From: Rhizodiscina lignyota
Taxonomy: Eukaryota
Length of the DNA stretch: 64,000 nucleotides
Reading direction: 5' to 3'
NCBI GenBank assembly: GCA_010015805.1
Contig: ML978124.1
Location: forward strand, 2,170,001-2,234,000
Below are positions 1 through 11,627 of this stretch, piece after piece. Position 1 is the first letter of the stretch. Each line of letters opens with the position of its first letter. The position numbers and the translations under genes were made by a program. Below the pieces are notes generated by a model, which made no database searches, was not told where the DNA came from, and saw only the letters and a list, made by a program, of their open reading frames with translations.

Positions 1-874
1 CCTGAAGTCCTTTATCACCTCTCCTAAACAAGCCCTCACACGCTTGGCACGCGAAGATGTTGAGGCAGCAGAGCTGTTGTCTACCTATCTGAGCGGCTAT
101 GCGACATTACGTCGCTTCTACGACCTGCGAGACGAAGAGGTTGGATTGAAAGAGGGCCAGAAGCCCAAACACCGACCACTTGCGCGCAAGAGGGAAGCGG
201 CAGCAGCGCTGATAGCTGTGATCGAGAGTGCTGAAGATAGCATTCGCGGCGGCCTGTATGATCCAGAAGTTGACGTCGTGGTACAAGTCGATGGACTCTT
301 AGTGCTCCTTGGAGAGGCACTGGTGTTCTTAAATCGTGAGTCTCACCTGGTTCATGTGATTTCCCCCTTAAACGAAACCATTCTGACCATTTCTCTTCTT
401 ACAGAGCAACGACATACGTTCTCGCTACCACAAGCTTTCGCCATACTCAAAGCCGCCGAGGACCTGCAAACGGTGGGCTCCCGCATTTTCGAACAATGCG
501 ACTCAGTCCTTCAAGCTGCCTTGGCGAATTACCATGACGGAACTCTCCCCGCAACCCTATCCCCATCTAAGCAGCAACCTCGCTCTCTGCACCGTTCCGG
601 GACTTCCGGCTCAGGCATGACCGGTAGCCAATTCTCGCTGTTGGAAGCTTCTACGTATAGCTCACAAGACTTTGCTGCATCGCCAGCATCATCGGGTTCG
701 GAGCTGCTTGTCAGAGCCCGTCCACGTACTGCTGATCGAGAAAAGGAGGGCGGCAAGGGCTGGGATTGGAGAGTAGGCTTTGCGAGAAAGACGGCTGGCA
801 AGGAGGTTTTGGGCGTGCTGAGATTGGCAGTTGCAAAGGAGATTGCGGATGGTTGGATGGAGGAAGAAGAGTAA
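1..874 (+). CDS. Nucleoporin Nup85-like protein, 3' part (gene starts before the window); probable in-frame intron 336-404
   Basis: AAELLSTYLSGYATLRRFYDLRD...GGLYD...VQVDGLLVLLGEAL...GWDWR resembles the fungal Nup85 C-terminus; GTGAGT donor at 336, CTGAC branch, ACAG acceptor at 404. Confidence 0.7.
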   Translation, partial: LKSFITSPKQALTRLAREDVEAAELLSTYLSGYATLRRFYDLRDEEVGLKEGQKPKHRPLARKREAAAALIAVIESAEDSIRGGLYDPEVDVVVQVDGLLVLLGEALVFLNRESHLVHVISPLNETILTISLLTEQRHTFSLPQAFAILKAAEDLQTVGSRIFEQCDSVLQAALANYHDGTLPATLSPSKQQPRSLHRSGTSGSGMTGSQFSLLEASTYSSQDFAASPASSGSELLVRARPRTADREKEGGKGWDWRVGFARKTAGKEVLGVLRLAVAKEIADGWMEEEE

Positions 875-1441
875 TGATTGTGCATGTTTCCCCAATCATT
901 CCAGTAGCGAAGATTTGAGTTTGGAAGAAAATCAGTGAGCTTGGACAGTTGGGCCTTCGATTGCATCACAGCGCGCTTGCTGGCCTCAAGTGATGGCTAA
1001 CTACGATGGAAATCGAAAGAGTGTAGCATAAAAGAAGTTTTACTCTTCTGCTTATGCGAGAGCACAGCGGGAAGCTAAGTACGACATACCATGGCAAGTA
1101 TTTCTTCAGGTTGCATAGTTGTGATGAACATAATCTATCTTTACTGAAGCGACTTTACACTTAATAATTCCATGCCATCGATCAACCGTCTTGTCACCAC
1201 CGAGCTGCCCGCTGAACTTCGCACTACTTCCACAATCAGCAAAGGGTGATATTCAACGCACCCATATTCGCGAAGTCACACCAACCGGGGAGATATGCGG
1301 AGCTGGATCGGAGGTTACATCATGCTATAACTAGGCATCGTCTGTATACTGGACCGAACTTTTAAAAGCACGCAGTGCTCACTTGTCCTTATTTTTATCC
1401 TACATTAATCTCTCTACGATAAGTAACGACTAGTTGTGAAG

Positions 1442-2492
1442 ATGCCTCCCATCAATCTCAACTTCGCTAGCGCGCTCTACGACCGCGTCCTCCCCATGGC
1501 AATGGGAGAGGCACAGGCACCTGGTCTTTCTGTTAATTTTATAGAGATTCATCATCCGAGGTACTCGCAATCCTGTTAATCAATTTCGAGTGTGTTCCTC
1601 TCATCAGACGCACAGAGATGTATTCGACCGCATGATCGCAAATCGCGAATTCGATGCTTCTGAGCTCTCCAGCTCCGAATATATAACCCGCTACTGCGCC
1701 GGTGACCGCTCATTTATCGCTCTTCCGGTATTCCTTTCACGTGCTTTCCGACACAGCTTCATCGTCGTCAACAAGGATCGCATCAAGAAGCCTAGCGATC
1801 TGAATGGCAAAAGAATAGGTGTTCAGCTTTACACCATGACAGCAGCAGTGTATATACGAGGCTTGCTGCAGCACGAGTACGGCGTCGACTTATCAAGCAT
1901 CGAGTGGGTTGAGGGCAAGATGGAAGGACCGGGCGCGCATGGCAAACCGTCCAGTCTGCCAACACTGAAACCGGTCAAGATCACGTCGAACACGAAGCCC
2001 AAGTCGCTCAGCCAGCTGCTTGAAGACGGTGAGATAGACGCGACGCTCGGCGCTGATATACCGGAGTGCCTTGGTCGCGCACCGCACATCGAACGCCTCT
2101 TTCCAGACTTCAAAGAAGTCGAGAAAGCGTACTACAAGAAGACCGGTATCTTTCCGATCATGCACCTTGTGGTTCTGCGCCGTGAGTACTACGAGCAGCA
2201 TAAGTTCGCTGCAAGCAGTCTATTCAATGCATTGAACGACTCCAAGAATATCGCGCTAGCGCGAATGAAGTCAACGGGGGCGTTGCGATACATGCTTCCT
2301 TGGCTGCCGCAGTATCTGGATGAGACTAGAGAAGCGTTCGGGGATGATTTCTGGCCGTACGGTGTTGAGCCAAATCGAAAGACACTTGAAGCTCTGGTAC
2401 AGTACTTGGAGGAGCAGTCGATGGTTGAGAAGGGCGCTCCTGTTGATGAGTTATTTGCGCCTGTGAGGACCACGAATTTCGTCATTAGATGA
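1442..2492 (+). CDS. 4,5-dihydroxyphthalate decarboxylase-like / periplasmic-binding-fold protein (bacterial-type); intron 1561-1615
   Basis: ATG 1442 gives MPPINLNFASALYDRVLP...HPR spliced to DVFDRMIANREFDASELS; motifs ALPVFLSRAFRH, DLNGKRIGV, TGIFPIMHLVVL, DFWPYGVEPNRKTLE are typical of the family. Confidence 0.8.
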
Positions 2493-2732
2493 GCTGTGTG
2501 AACTGTTGGAGATGAATTGAAATTCTCACGAGTCTTCTCCATCTAAGAGCAAGAGAAAGACTAGACGTGCCTCAGTTTGACATCAAAGACATATAACGAT
2601 GAGATCTGACCCGACGAGGTCAATGAAATCCTGAAAACTCCTCGGAGGATGAGGGTTCCGACTTCCAATCTGTCCATACTTCATGATCGCGAAGGCCTCA
2701 GAGTATGCAAACTTGCATGTCCCACGAGGATT

Positions 2733-2970
2733 GCGGTTGGCTTCCCGCTCATGCTCTGTCTCTGCTGCTTTCTTGGCTCTTTTCCTCGCTGTTTCCTTAA
2801 CCAGTCTTGCTTTCCTTTCATCCTCTATCTCAGCGTCTCCGTTCGCATTGACTCTCGCCCTACTCTTAGTCAGTCTTGCTTGCATTCCCTCTCTTGTCTG
2901 ATTCGCTACCTTGGCTCTGACTCTCGCCCTCTTCTTAGCCAGTCCTTCTTCTCTTTCATCCTATGATCCT
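2733..2970 (-). pseudogene. Decayed ORF with 23-aa (69-bp) STPR-like repeats
   Basis: Minus frame: GS*DEREEGLAKKRARVRAKVAN / QTREGMQARLTKSRARVNANGDA / EIEDERKARLVKETARKRAKKAA / ETEHEREANR; in-frame TAG at 2961-2963. Confidence 0.55.
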
Positions 2971-3107
2971 CTCACAGCTGCTCTACTGACTTTGCGTCAA
3001 CGTGCAATACAGTGTCGCTATGGACATACGCATATTCTATAAATAAAAGCATTTCTGCGATAAACTCAATACTATGTGCGGAGGTTGCTTGTTTGCTGAG
3101 TAACTGT

Positions 3108-3330
3108 TCGACTTGTAGCTGGCCCATGTAGCCGGAGCGTCGATTCGATCCTATGTAAGCGCTCGACTTACGGCTTGTCCACATCGATCGAGCATCACCT
3201 CAATTGAGTGCTCTTACTCATCTTTCAGCTTGCACAGAAAATTGAGCTTCTATTTGATTATACGCGGGCTCTCAACCTGTAGTTTGGACGCAAAGGTCGA
3301 GTATTGGCTCGATCTGTTGTGTTGAATCAA
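3108..3330 (+). repeat. Degenerate ~55-bp tandem repeat, locus 1 (about 4 units)
   Basis: Unit starts at 3108 (tcgacttgtagct), 3163 (tcgacttacggct), 3218 (tcatctttcagct), 3272 (tcaacctgtagtt). Confidence 0.75.
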
Positions 3331-3695
3331 CAGACTTGCAGCGTTATCAGCAGCAGAATTGTCCGTGACAATCAATACTATGCAAGTGTGAGCATGATAT
3401 CATCAGGTGTTCAAGATGAAGATACCACCGTTCGATCTTGGAAGCACAGCGATTGAGACGTTGTGAAAATGACAGGGGCCGAGTGAAGCCATCGGCTTTG
3501 AAGCTATTCCAAATCGGGTAAAGGCCCCTTAAAGGGCACAACTTCTCCCTTAAATCCATCTTCTTTCAAAAGGATGTTCAATGATGTACTCTTTTGTACC
3601 TCCAATCGGTGTCTCTAGGGGTTTGACCTGCCATTGACCTCTAAGAACCGCGTGAACAACATCAGCACAGCCTTGGAGGTTTAGTCGTGATCAAG

Positions 3696-5761
3696 ATGTC
3701 GACCTTTAATGGTTTTGTTAAAGGTGATATTGATCATCCTTTTATTTGATCCAGTCTAATGTTGCACAGAATTTCCTCGCATCAGAATTGACTACTTCAG
3801 AAGTCTCCTAGATCATCCGCCACCTCTTGCATGCTTTCTCAGTCATGTTCATTCCGACCACTTGCTCGGCTTAGAATCGCTCAAATCTCCTTTCGTATAC
3901 TGCTCTCCTGCAACACGAGAGGCAAGTCCACCTAATTTTCTTTAATCTCTCATTGAATATCATTCTCTGACTCTACTTTCTTCTCCAGATTCTGCTGCGA
4001 CTGGAGAAGTATCCTCATCGCATGAACTTTGCGAAGGGAATCTTGGAAACACGCAAACAAACGTATCGACATTTGTCAAAGCTTCTCAAAACCATTCCGC
4101 TGGATACACCTACGACTGTCGAACTCTCGCCTGGATATGAGATTCGGGTGACGTTGTTCGACGCCAATCATTGCGCGGGTTCGGTCATGTTCCTCATAGA
4201 GGGATTAGATGGAAAAGCAATTCTCTACACTGGGGATATCCGCTCCGAAACCTGGCTAGTTAACTCACTAGTCCAGAATCCGATCCTTGTGCCTTACACT
4301 CTCGGACGCAAACGACTTGACTGTCTCTATTTGGATACGACTTTCGCCACAAAGTCTGACATGCACAGAGCATTTCCTTGCAAAGCCGAGGGACTCCGTG
4401 AACTCCTCGAGAAAATCAGTGCCTACCCTGCAGATACCATCTTCTACTTCCAGTGTTGGACATTTGGCTACGAGAATGTATGGATTGCGCTCTCGGCAGC
4501 ACTTGGATCCCAAGTCCACCTCGATAATTATAGGTGGAGACTGTACAAAGCCTTGGGTGATGTGTCTCAAACTAGCATGCCGGAGCCACGGGAAGCAAAC
4601 GCCTTGTGCGGATTTACATGCGGAAACCATCAAACCAAAGGCTGTTTGACGAAAGACACAGCAGCCAGAATCCATAGCTGCGAGAAAGGAGCACATTGCG
4701 CGATTACTGATGACAAGAGCAAGGTTGTTCATATTGTACCTATAGTTTCACGAACCTCGAATGGTACGGAAATTGCTGAAGTTGGTGCCGGTGGTGGCCA
4801 GGGTGACCTCGACCAGGTACATGAGCTGGAGATCTCTGACCTGCAAACCATGAGTCAGTTGATGGCTCTATGTGCTTCGAATATTCAGAATCCAGAAACG
4901 GTATCGAAAATATTGAAACTTCTATCTTCTCTGGCTGGACAAAGCGGGCGGCTGCGTGTCGATATGTCGAAAATTCCGGAAGGAAACGATTCTGATGACA
5001 TACCCCTCGAAAAGGTCACAGATATTCTCAGATCCGTCGCTACAGTGTCCGCTGTGAATAATGGGAATTCCGAGTTGGAAGAGGTAACCACAAATGCTCT
5101 TCCACGCACAATCACCTTCCCATACTCGCGCCACTCGTCATATTCAGAACTTCGCGAGCTTGTTGCAGCGTTCAAGCCTCGAGATATATATCCCTGCACT
5201 GTTGATGAAATGTCTTGGAACGAGTCCACGAGCATGCGTTCGCTGTTCGGGGATCTATGCTCTGATGACGTCTTTGCACATGATAACGAGATGCGGGAGA
5301 AGACACGAGAACGTCTTGAGCGTTTTACGGCCAAGCAGCAAGCGATGTATACTCAAACAACAGACGAGACAGAGAGCGACTATGAGAATGAGGATAACCG
5401 CAACACCACCACGCAGGTTAAACGTCTCGCATCGCAATCAAAGCACCAGGAGCAACAAGAACGGCCCAGCGATGAATCCCAAAATAGCTCGACCGAATAT
5501 GTTTCGGCTCAGGCGAGCTTATACCCAGCATCGCAGAGCGAACCACACGATCCGAAAGAGTCCTCAGGCTCTCAACCAAGCATTGGACCTTTCTCCGCTG
5601 CTCCAATATCTGCAAATCAAATGGATCGATCCAAAAGTGTTCGGAGATGGGCATATGATGCCGCAACAGAGTTACACGGTATCGACTGGGCAGCCTTCGG
5701 AGGTCTTCAGTGCACGAAGAATACACCGAACGAACCTGAACTGGGTACAACAGACTCATGA
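3696..5761 (+). CDS. Artemis/SNM1C-like DNA repair nuclease (metallo-beta-lactamase + beta-CASP); introns 3724-3769 and 3922-3988 (GC-AG)
   Basis: Spliced start MSTFNGFVKEFPRIRIDYFR...FLSHVHSDH...VYCSPATRE|ILLRLEKYPHRMNF; motifs DANHCAGS, LYTGDIR, YLDTTF, FPYSRHSS. Confidence 0.9.
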
Positions 5762-6188
5762 ATAACGAATTCACCCACCGAAGACTCATATCACGACTAT
5801 TCACATGTTTTCATGACTGGATGTATAGCAATGGCGAAATATACCCAACTGGATGGTTATCATGACTGCATTAGGTTTTGCTTTCCTTCGGCGTTACATA
5901 TGACTGGTGCTCAATTTGTAATTGCGTAGAGAAGGGTGCCGTACTGTACAACTAACCAAAAATTGCTTTTCAAGATCTTTTACAACATCGAATGTATCGC
6001 TGCGAGATAAATAGCTCCCGCTATTGCCACCGATACAGAGATTGATAAGTGCATCGATGTTCCGGCGGACGTCTTCACGCTTTCAACACCGCTTCCATTC
6101 TTCTTTCCGAGTCCATCTGCCAGATGTCAGAAACGTCTTCTGCGACTGACTCAAGTATCACCGAGGACTTCATACCATCCTGACTCGA

Positions 6189-6911
6189 CTAACCTTGGAA
6201 CGTTGTGCTTCCTGTCTTATTGACCAGACCCAGTGTCAAGATAATCCCCTTCTTCCAGATGTCCGCACCATCGATGATCTTCTGCGGGTGGATCCCAACC
6301 TCCGCACGCTGCTTATGGATCTCAGTGCTGTTAACGCTAAAGTACTCATCGCGTTCATCGATTGCGGCGGTAGGAAGCTGTCCAATGTTCGTGAAGCCGC
6401 CCACGAATTCCGGGATACCCACGGGCAGGGTGTTGTTCTTCTGATCATATCGCCATGTATGCGTCGTCTTCCCGTACGTGCCGACCAAGATCTTCATGGC
6501 TTCATTGTCGATGGTTGGAGGCGTTCCGGGTTCAACGAGCAGGCCCGAAGTCACCTCGTACGAGTGGCTATGCCAGAGCTGGCGCTCCTCGTAGTCGAGT
6601 TTCTCGAAAGCGTCGCCGCCGATGATGTACTCGATGCCCGCGAGGCGCACGGGATTAGTGCCGGGTACGTAGATGAGGCATTGGAGGAACACCGGATCAG
6701 CAGTCACGATGACGCAGTGGTGGTTGGCGGAGAGATAGTGGTCTGGCGAGCCGGAGATGAAGTGGAAGCCATTCAGGAAGAGCATCACGTTCTCCGGACC
6801 AGCGAGGCCGTACGCATTAGGAAACATGGACGAGGTGTGACCGGCGTGGGCCATTGCCTGGCTGAGGAGGGAGAGGATGGGAAAGATGAGCGAGTGCATG
6901 TTGGAGAACAT
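6189..6911 (-). CDS. DUF1264 / oil-body-associated-protein (OBAP)-like protein with signal-peptide-like N-terminus
   Basis: ANHHC...LQCLIY...RLAGIEYII...EERQLWHSHSYEVTSG...TYGKTTHTW motifs; leader MHSLIFPILSLLSQAMAHA (ATG 6911 or 6899). Confidence 0.75.
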   Translation of the reverse strand: MFSNMHSLIFPILSLLSQAMAHAGHTSSMFPNAYGLAGPENVMLFLNGFHFISGSPDHYLSANHHCVIVTADPVFLQCLIYVPGTNPVRLAGIEYIIGGDAFEKLDYEERQLWHSHSYEVTSGLLVEPGTPPTIDNEAMKILVGTYGKTTHTWRYDQKNNTLPVGIPEFVGGFTNIGQLPTAAIDERDEYFSVNSTEIHKQRAEVGIHPQKIIDGADIWKKGIILTLGLVNKTGSTTFQG

Positions 6912-8100
6912 ATTGAGGTAATGGGGATGAAGCTCTGCGGGAAGGCGACTCTGATCAATTGGAACCTGAGGCGTGCAAAATGAACCCTTTATATACAACC
7001 CACAGCGGACCTGATCAACGTGATATGTCCGGGACACTGCCGTCAACCGTTACATGGTTATTGATTCAGGAATGGCACAATGGCTTCGTGCAGAATGTGC
7101 TCCTGAGATTGGCTAAGCCTCCCCTTGAGGATCATTGCATGCTATGCAGTCAAGAAAAATCACGAGAGATTTATGTGGGGATGCAAGTCTTTTCCGAAAT
7201 AAGGTGTAATCCAACAACGGCTTGATTGATGCGCGAAATAGAGTGAACGGAAGTTGATATCGGAAGCATTGGTCGTTGGTCGATCGAACAGAGCGCTTGC
7301 CTCATTGCAGGCACGGAAACACTCGCGTCGATAGCCTATTCAATCCTTCGGAACTCAAGCCCTCGGAGTCCAGGTCCTCAATGTTTACGGCATAATGCTA
7401 TTCGCAGTGATCTCGATATGGCATGTCTCGACGGTAGTCAGTGTGTGGCGGAACTCGGCGCATTGTCTTGACCCTTGTACCTGTCACAATCCATGGCAGT
7501 GAATAAGCCTGGTCGGCGACCTCAATTTTTGCAAAGCTTGGCAAGCGGAACTTCTCGATGGTGAGTCAAAAGGCGAATCTAGAATGTAGTAAAGATTCGG
7601 TCAAAGAAATGACAGGTCTCGGGGAAGAGGAAATAGGGCTGGCAGGAGAAGCAAGACGTAAGAGGAAAGAATCCGGCCGAGAACGGTATGCCAGGGAGTT
7701 CACAACTACGAAAGCTGTGTGCGTGAAGGCTGAGTATGAGATGTAGATAGCTCGAAGAACTTAAGGTTGTGCAGGAAGACATGAAGAATAGAAATGGATC
7801 GACGATGGTGTCCATGCCCATTCGAAACCCAACAGTCGAAACTTAGCGGAAAATGCTTGCTTTAATACCTACCATTACCATTGATGATCATCACGTGCAA
7901 TCACGCAATTTCTCTCCACTAAGGTATGGAATTTGGAAGGTCAAGTCGCCGAGCGTTCGCTTGAGATCTCAGTTCTATGCAGTCGCATGCGGCGCGAGAT
8001 GCCAAGCATATGAAGAAACATGCGAGTGTATAGTTGTGCCATTGCGGGTATCGTTCGATTGTATTACAACGCTGTATCTGGAGATGCGATGCCGTGCACC

Positions 8101-9927
8101 TTACTTCAAGAAGCTGATCAAGGTGGAAAGCATTTCCTTCTGTCCCAAGCTGTCGCTGCCTCCGTCGTCTTCAATGCCCTCCAACTGCTCTGTCAATGCT
8201 TGACTGATATTCTGCAGAGATTCATCTCGTTCGGCGAGGCGCTTGATGATATTCCTCTTTGCACCAGTGTCTTCAGCAACTAGCCATGCGAGGATAACAT
8301 CGATTGTTTGCAAGACAAACAAGCCAGCATCTAGTCGCCGTGACAGGTCGTCATATTCTCGCTCCTGCCTCTCTTCCGCACTGAGACCTTGAATTTCACC
8401 TTTGATCTGTTGATCCACGCTCGATACTCGTGATGAATATTCTCTTCGGAGCTGTGCAAGGCGACCAATTTTTTCATAGTCCTTCTCCATGAACTTGGCG
8501 AGCGTCCGGATTCGTCCTGCACTATCCGCTGGCAAATATCTCAAAAGCGAAGCAAATATGCCCAAGAGATGTTCCAGTCCTTCTCTGTCCACCTTTTTCT
8601 CCTTCATAAACATGCCAAACAAAGTCTTCAGACCTTGAGCGTCAACGAGCTTCTCGCAAGTCACTCCTCCAGCAATACCGCCACAAGCGTGATCGAGTAG
8701 TCGTAGTGCTCTCGGCTTTGCCATCTTTCCATCTCGAAGCATGATAAGCATAAGCTCTACCCCCTCTGCATTGACAAATGGTTGCTTCGCGGCCGCCTCG
8801 TCCATAAGCACTGTCAGCGCATCGAATATATTCTCGACGTATTCTTCTTCAGTCGAATCTTTCGACGGATCCGCTCGACGGTAGGGGGAGAGAAGGGTGA
8901 GGAGTGTATCAATAGCATTCGTAGACTCCGTTGAGGAGCCATTGGCCTTTCCGTTCGTCTTCGATGGTGGTTCGAGGAGAAGCAGTCTGTTCGAAGGTGA
9001 AGCTTGTAGGAGAATGGTGAGTAATTCAGCAGCGTATTGCGTGTTCTGAGCAACTGGCCTCTCTTTCTTCTGTATCCTCTCTAACGACCACTGCAGAATT
9101 GCGCACTCTGTGCCAATACGGCTTGCGATGGCCGTCTGACTCGCCAAATTCTCGAAAATGCTCAATGAATTGTATAGCCCATCTCGATCCGCTTCGTTTT
9201 CTTCGTCGAACCTGCTGAAATTGCTTACAAGTAAGCTTAGCAGATCTGCTTCGAGTGCCGCGTTGACAAGAATGTCCCATTGGTCTTGGCTCGCTAAGAC
9301 GTCTTCGTCTGTGAGTTCGGAGAGGATTTGTATTGCGTCGATAGCGATATCGGTGTTCTCGTGTGCAAGTAGTGAAACCAGACTCGCCATGCACCCCAAT
9401 TTCGCAAACTCAGCGTAGAGCTCCGGGTGTTCTGACAGTATGCTGAGCGCCTTAACCTCGTCGTCGAGATCCCCCTCAGAGGTCATGAACTTTGTCGGAT
9501 CGTCCTCGTACTTGGCTCGGAGCTCCGCATTCTTGTTGATCTTCTTCTCAAAGCTGAGAGCAAGCTTCCGTACCCATGTTATATCAAACTTCTCTGCCAC
9601 GTATTCTTGACCCTCTTCCGCATCGCGCTTGTCAATGTACTCGAGCGCCGCCGCAGTGCCTTTGTCTACGCCGCCACCGAAGAAGCGTCCTTCTTCGTCA
9701 TCCGGATCATCTTCATCTTCATCTGGAGGGAGAGCGGGTCCAGCTTCAAGATCCTCGTCGTCCTCGTTGCCTTCGTCTTCGACAGTCGCGTGGGTGCCGC
9801 CTTTCGCGTCACCGTTGGCGTCATGCTTTGCGGATTTGTAGAATTGGGCAGGATCGTGCGAAACTTCGAGTTTGCGTTTATTTGACGGCGCGGCCGGCTT
9901 CTTGAAGAGATCGTCTATGCTTGTCAT
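8101..9927 (-). CDS. CTNNBL1: Beta-catenin-like protein 1 (CTNNBL1/DUF1716) spliceosomal ARM-repeat protein
   Basis: EEGRFFGGG, FEKKINKNAELRAKYEDDPTKFM, SLLAHENTDIAI, AEGVELM, RRLDAGLFVLQ; intronless 608 aa. Confidence 0.9.
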   Translation of the reverse strand: MTSIDDLFKKPAAPSNKRKLEVSHDPAQFYKSAKHDANGDAKGGTHATVEDEGNEDDEDLEAGPALPPDEDEDDPDDEEGRFFGGGVDKGTAAALEYIDKRDAEEGQEYVAEKFDITWVRKLALSFEKKINKNAELRAKYEDDPTKFMTSEGDLDDEVKALSILSEHPELYAEFAKLGCMASLVSLLAHENTDIAIDAIQILSELTDEDVLASQDQWDILVNAALEADLLSLLVSNFSRFDEENEADRDGLYNSLSIFENLASQTAIASRIGTECAILQWSLERIQKKERPVAQNTQYAAELLTILLQASPSNRLLLLEPPSKTNGKANGSSTESTNAIDTLLTLLSPYRRADPSKDSTEEEYVENIFDALTVLMDEAAAKQPFVNAEGVELMLIMLRDGKMAKPRALRLLDHACGGIAGGVTCEKLVDAQGLKTLFGMFMKEKKVDREGLEHLLGIFASLLRYLPADSAGRIRTLAKFMEKDYEKIGRLAQLRREYSSRVSSVDQQIKGEIQGLSAEERQEREYDDLSRRLDAGLFVLQTIDVILAWLVAEDTGAKRNIIKRLAERDESLQNISQALTEQLEGIEDDGGSDSLGQKEMLSTLISFLK

Positions 9928-11168
9928 AGTATCGATGAAGGCGAGGACAACCGTCTTGGATGATCAGATGTCGCCAAAAGTTGCGAAGCTAGGGCTAGCA
10001 TCACCAAAGTTTGTCTCACCGGATTAACTTCGGGATATTCTTGCGTCGTCTGATGTTTACTCGGTGAGAAGCAGCCAAGACACCACCTTCAACCAAATTG
10101 CCAACGTTGATAGGTATTCAATGATTTATCTAGTGAGTTTTGGAAAACACTGGTTTTTGCCTCCCGTTGTCGCTTTTAATTTATCAGTCTTGGTTGTAGA
10201 ATTAGAAGGCATTCTTGCTTGAGAGCTGGAAAATAGGACCATGGGAACAACGGCGGGCCATTGTAGAGGAAACGCCACTAGTTTGGGGCCTGCAGGTATC
10301 CTATCGGGCCGTATTCGGGCCGACCTCATCTTGTCGTATCTTGCCCAAATCGCTCAGAGTGATCTGCTGTCTTCCTCTAACTAAGATGAGTTCTCGTTCA
10401 TTCTATCTTGTATCTTGTAAGCTTTCATACTACATTCTAGACTCGCTGAGCCTCTGGATTCATCGAAGCGCCTCAGCAAGATCTACATCCACAAATGTTA
10501 GCCATCTGCTCGCTCTGCTCTTGGAACCCTATTCTGTACAACAGTGGCTTTGAAACCACATGAAAATCTTCTGCTCGCTTACAGCATGTCTCACATTCAG
10601 CTTCAACCTCTCAGGAGCAATAACAGCGGCGACTGTTCCGTTCTGATTTCTCGCCCTACAAAGCCTCAAGCAGCCCACTGACGAGGGTCTAGGGTGTCTA
10701 GGCCAGGATGAGAAGCACAATATCTTCGATTATCTCCGCTCTGTGATGAAGCAGGTTGTGCAAGCCGCTGCATCTGCCTGGTTAGTTTTCGCATGTGCCA
10801 CTGCTGCTGCAATTGACCGCATACCTTGTCGATGGCGAAAATCATTTGCTCATAAGTGATGCTCCGTAAGTGCCTCCGGGTCTTGGCTCGTTGAAGTCGC
10901 ACAAGACTCGTAAGCTTTTGTCAGGAGGCTTTTTCTCTTTGGTTTCAGATGTGCTCCCTTTCCAGCTACACTGATAGCAACTGATATGGTCTTTGGATCA
11001 ATCAAGACAAGCCTTTTTACATCAACATCAGCCCTCATGGTTTTGCATATTTACCAACCATTGGACTGCCGTTACCATCGACCACTTGAGCGACCCAGTT
11101 TGAACATCTGAACCTCTACCGCGAATTCATACAGTTAATTGGGGTCCACCGGATCCTCTCGAATTACA

Positions 11169-11627
11169 ATGTCCGAAAACGACGACTCGAGATGGACAGG
11201 CTGGCAACCCCTCCTGGTCAGCCTCGTAATATGTGCCGTCCTCATCCTTCTCGTTGGCCTCGGAGTCTGGTGGCATAGAATGCATCGATCGAGCCTTCGA
11301 GAAATCCAAGATTCACGCGTCCCAACACCTCTTCGCAACAGAACACCGGATGCTCTCCACGATAGCGCCGTTGAATTGAACCGAGACTCCCTCGCTGGGA
11401 GCACGCTGCCTGTTAAGCGATCTTGGTGGCGTATATCTGAAGGGCCGGTCAAATCAGATAAGGGTACATACGAGAGAACTCAAATAGAAGATACAGCGGA
11501 GTGAGCAAGCCTCAGCGGGCCAGAAATCTGTTTGAGATATAGCATAAGCTAACAATACCACAGTGAAACATTGGGCCCCGGGATTGAAAGCCATCAAAGA
11601 CCTTTTACAACCCTACCTGCCTTGTAG
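11169..11627 (+). CDS. Small single-pass membrane protein, hypothetical; intron 11501-11563
   Basis: Hydrophobic segment LLVSLVICAVLILLVGLGVWW followed by basic residues; canonical GTGAGC...GCTAAC...CAG intron, spliced frame ends at TAG 11625-11627. Confidence 0.5.

Noticed and set aside
6195..6983. 262-aa plus-strand ORF
   Set aside because: Antisense shadow of the GC-rich DUF1264 gene; no motifs
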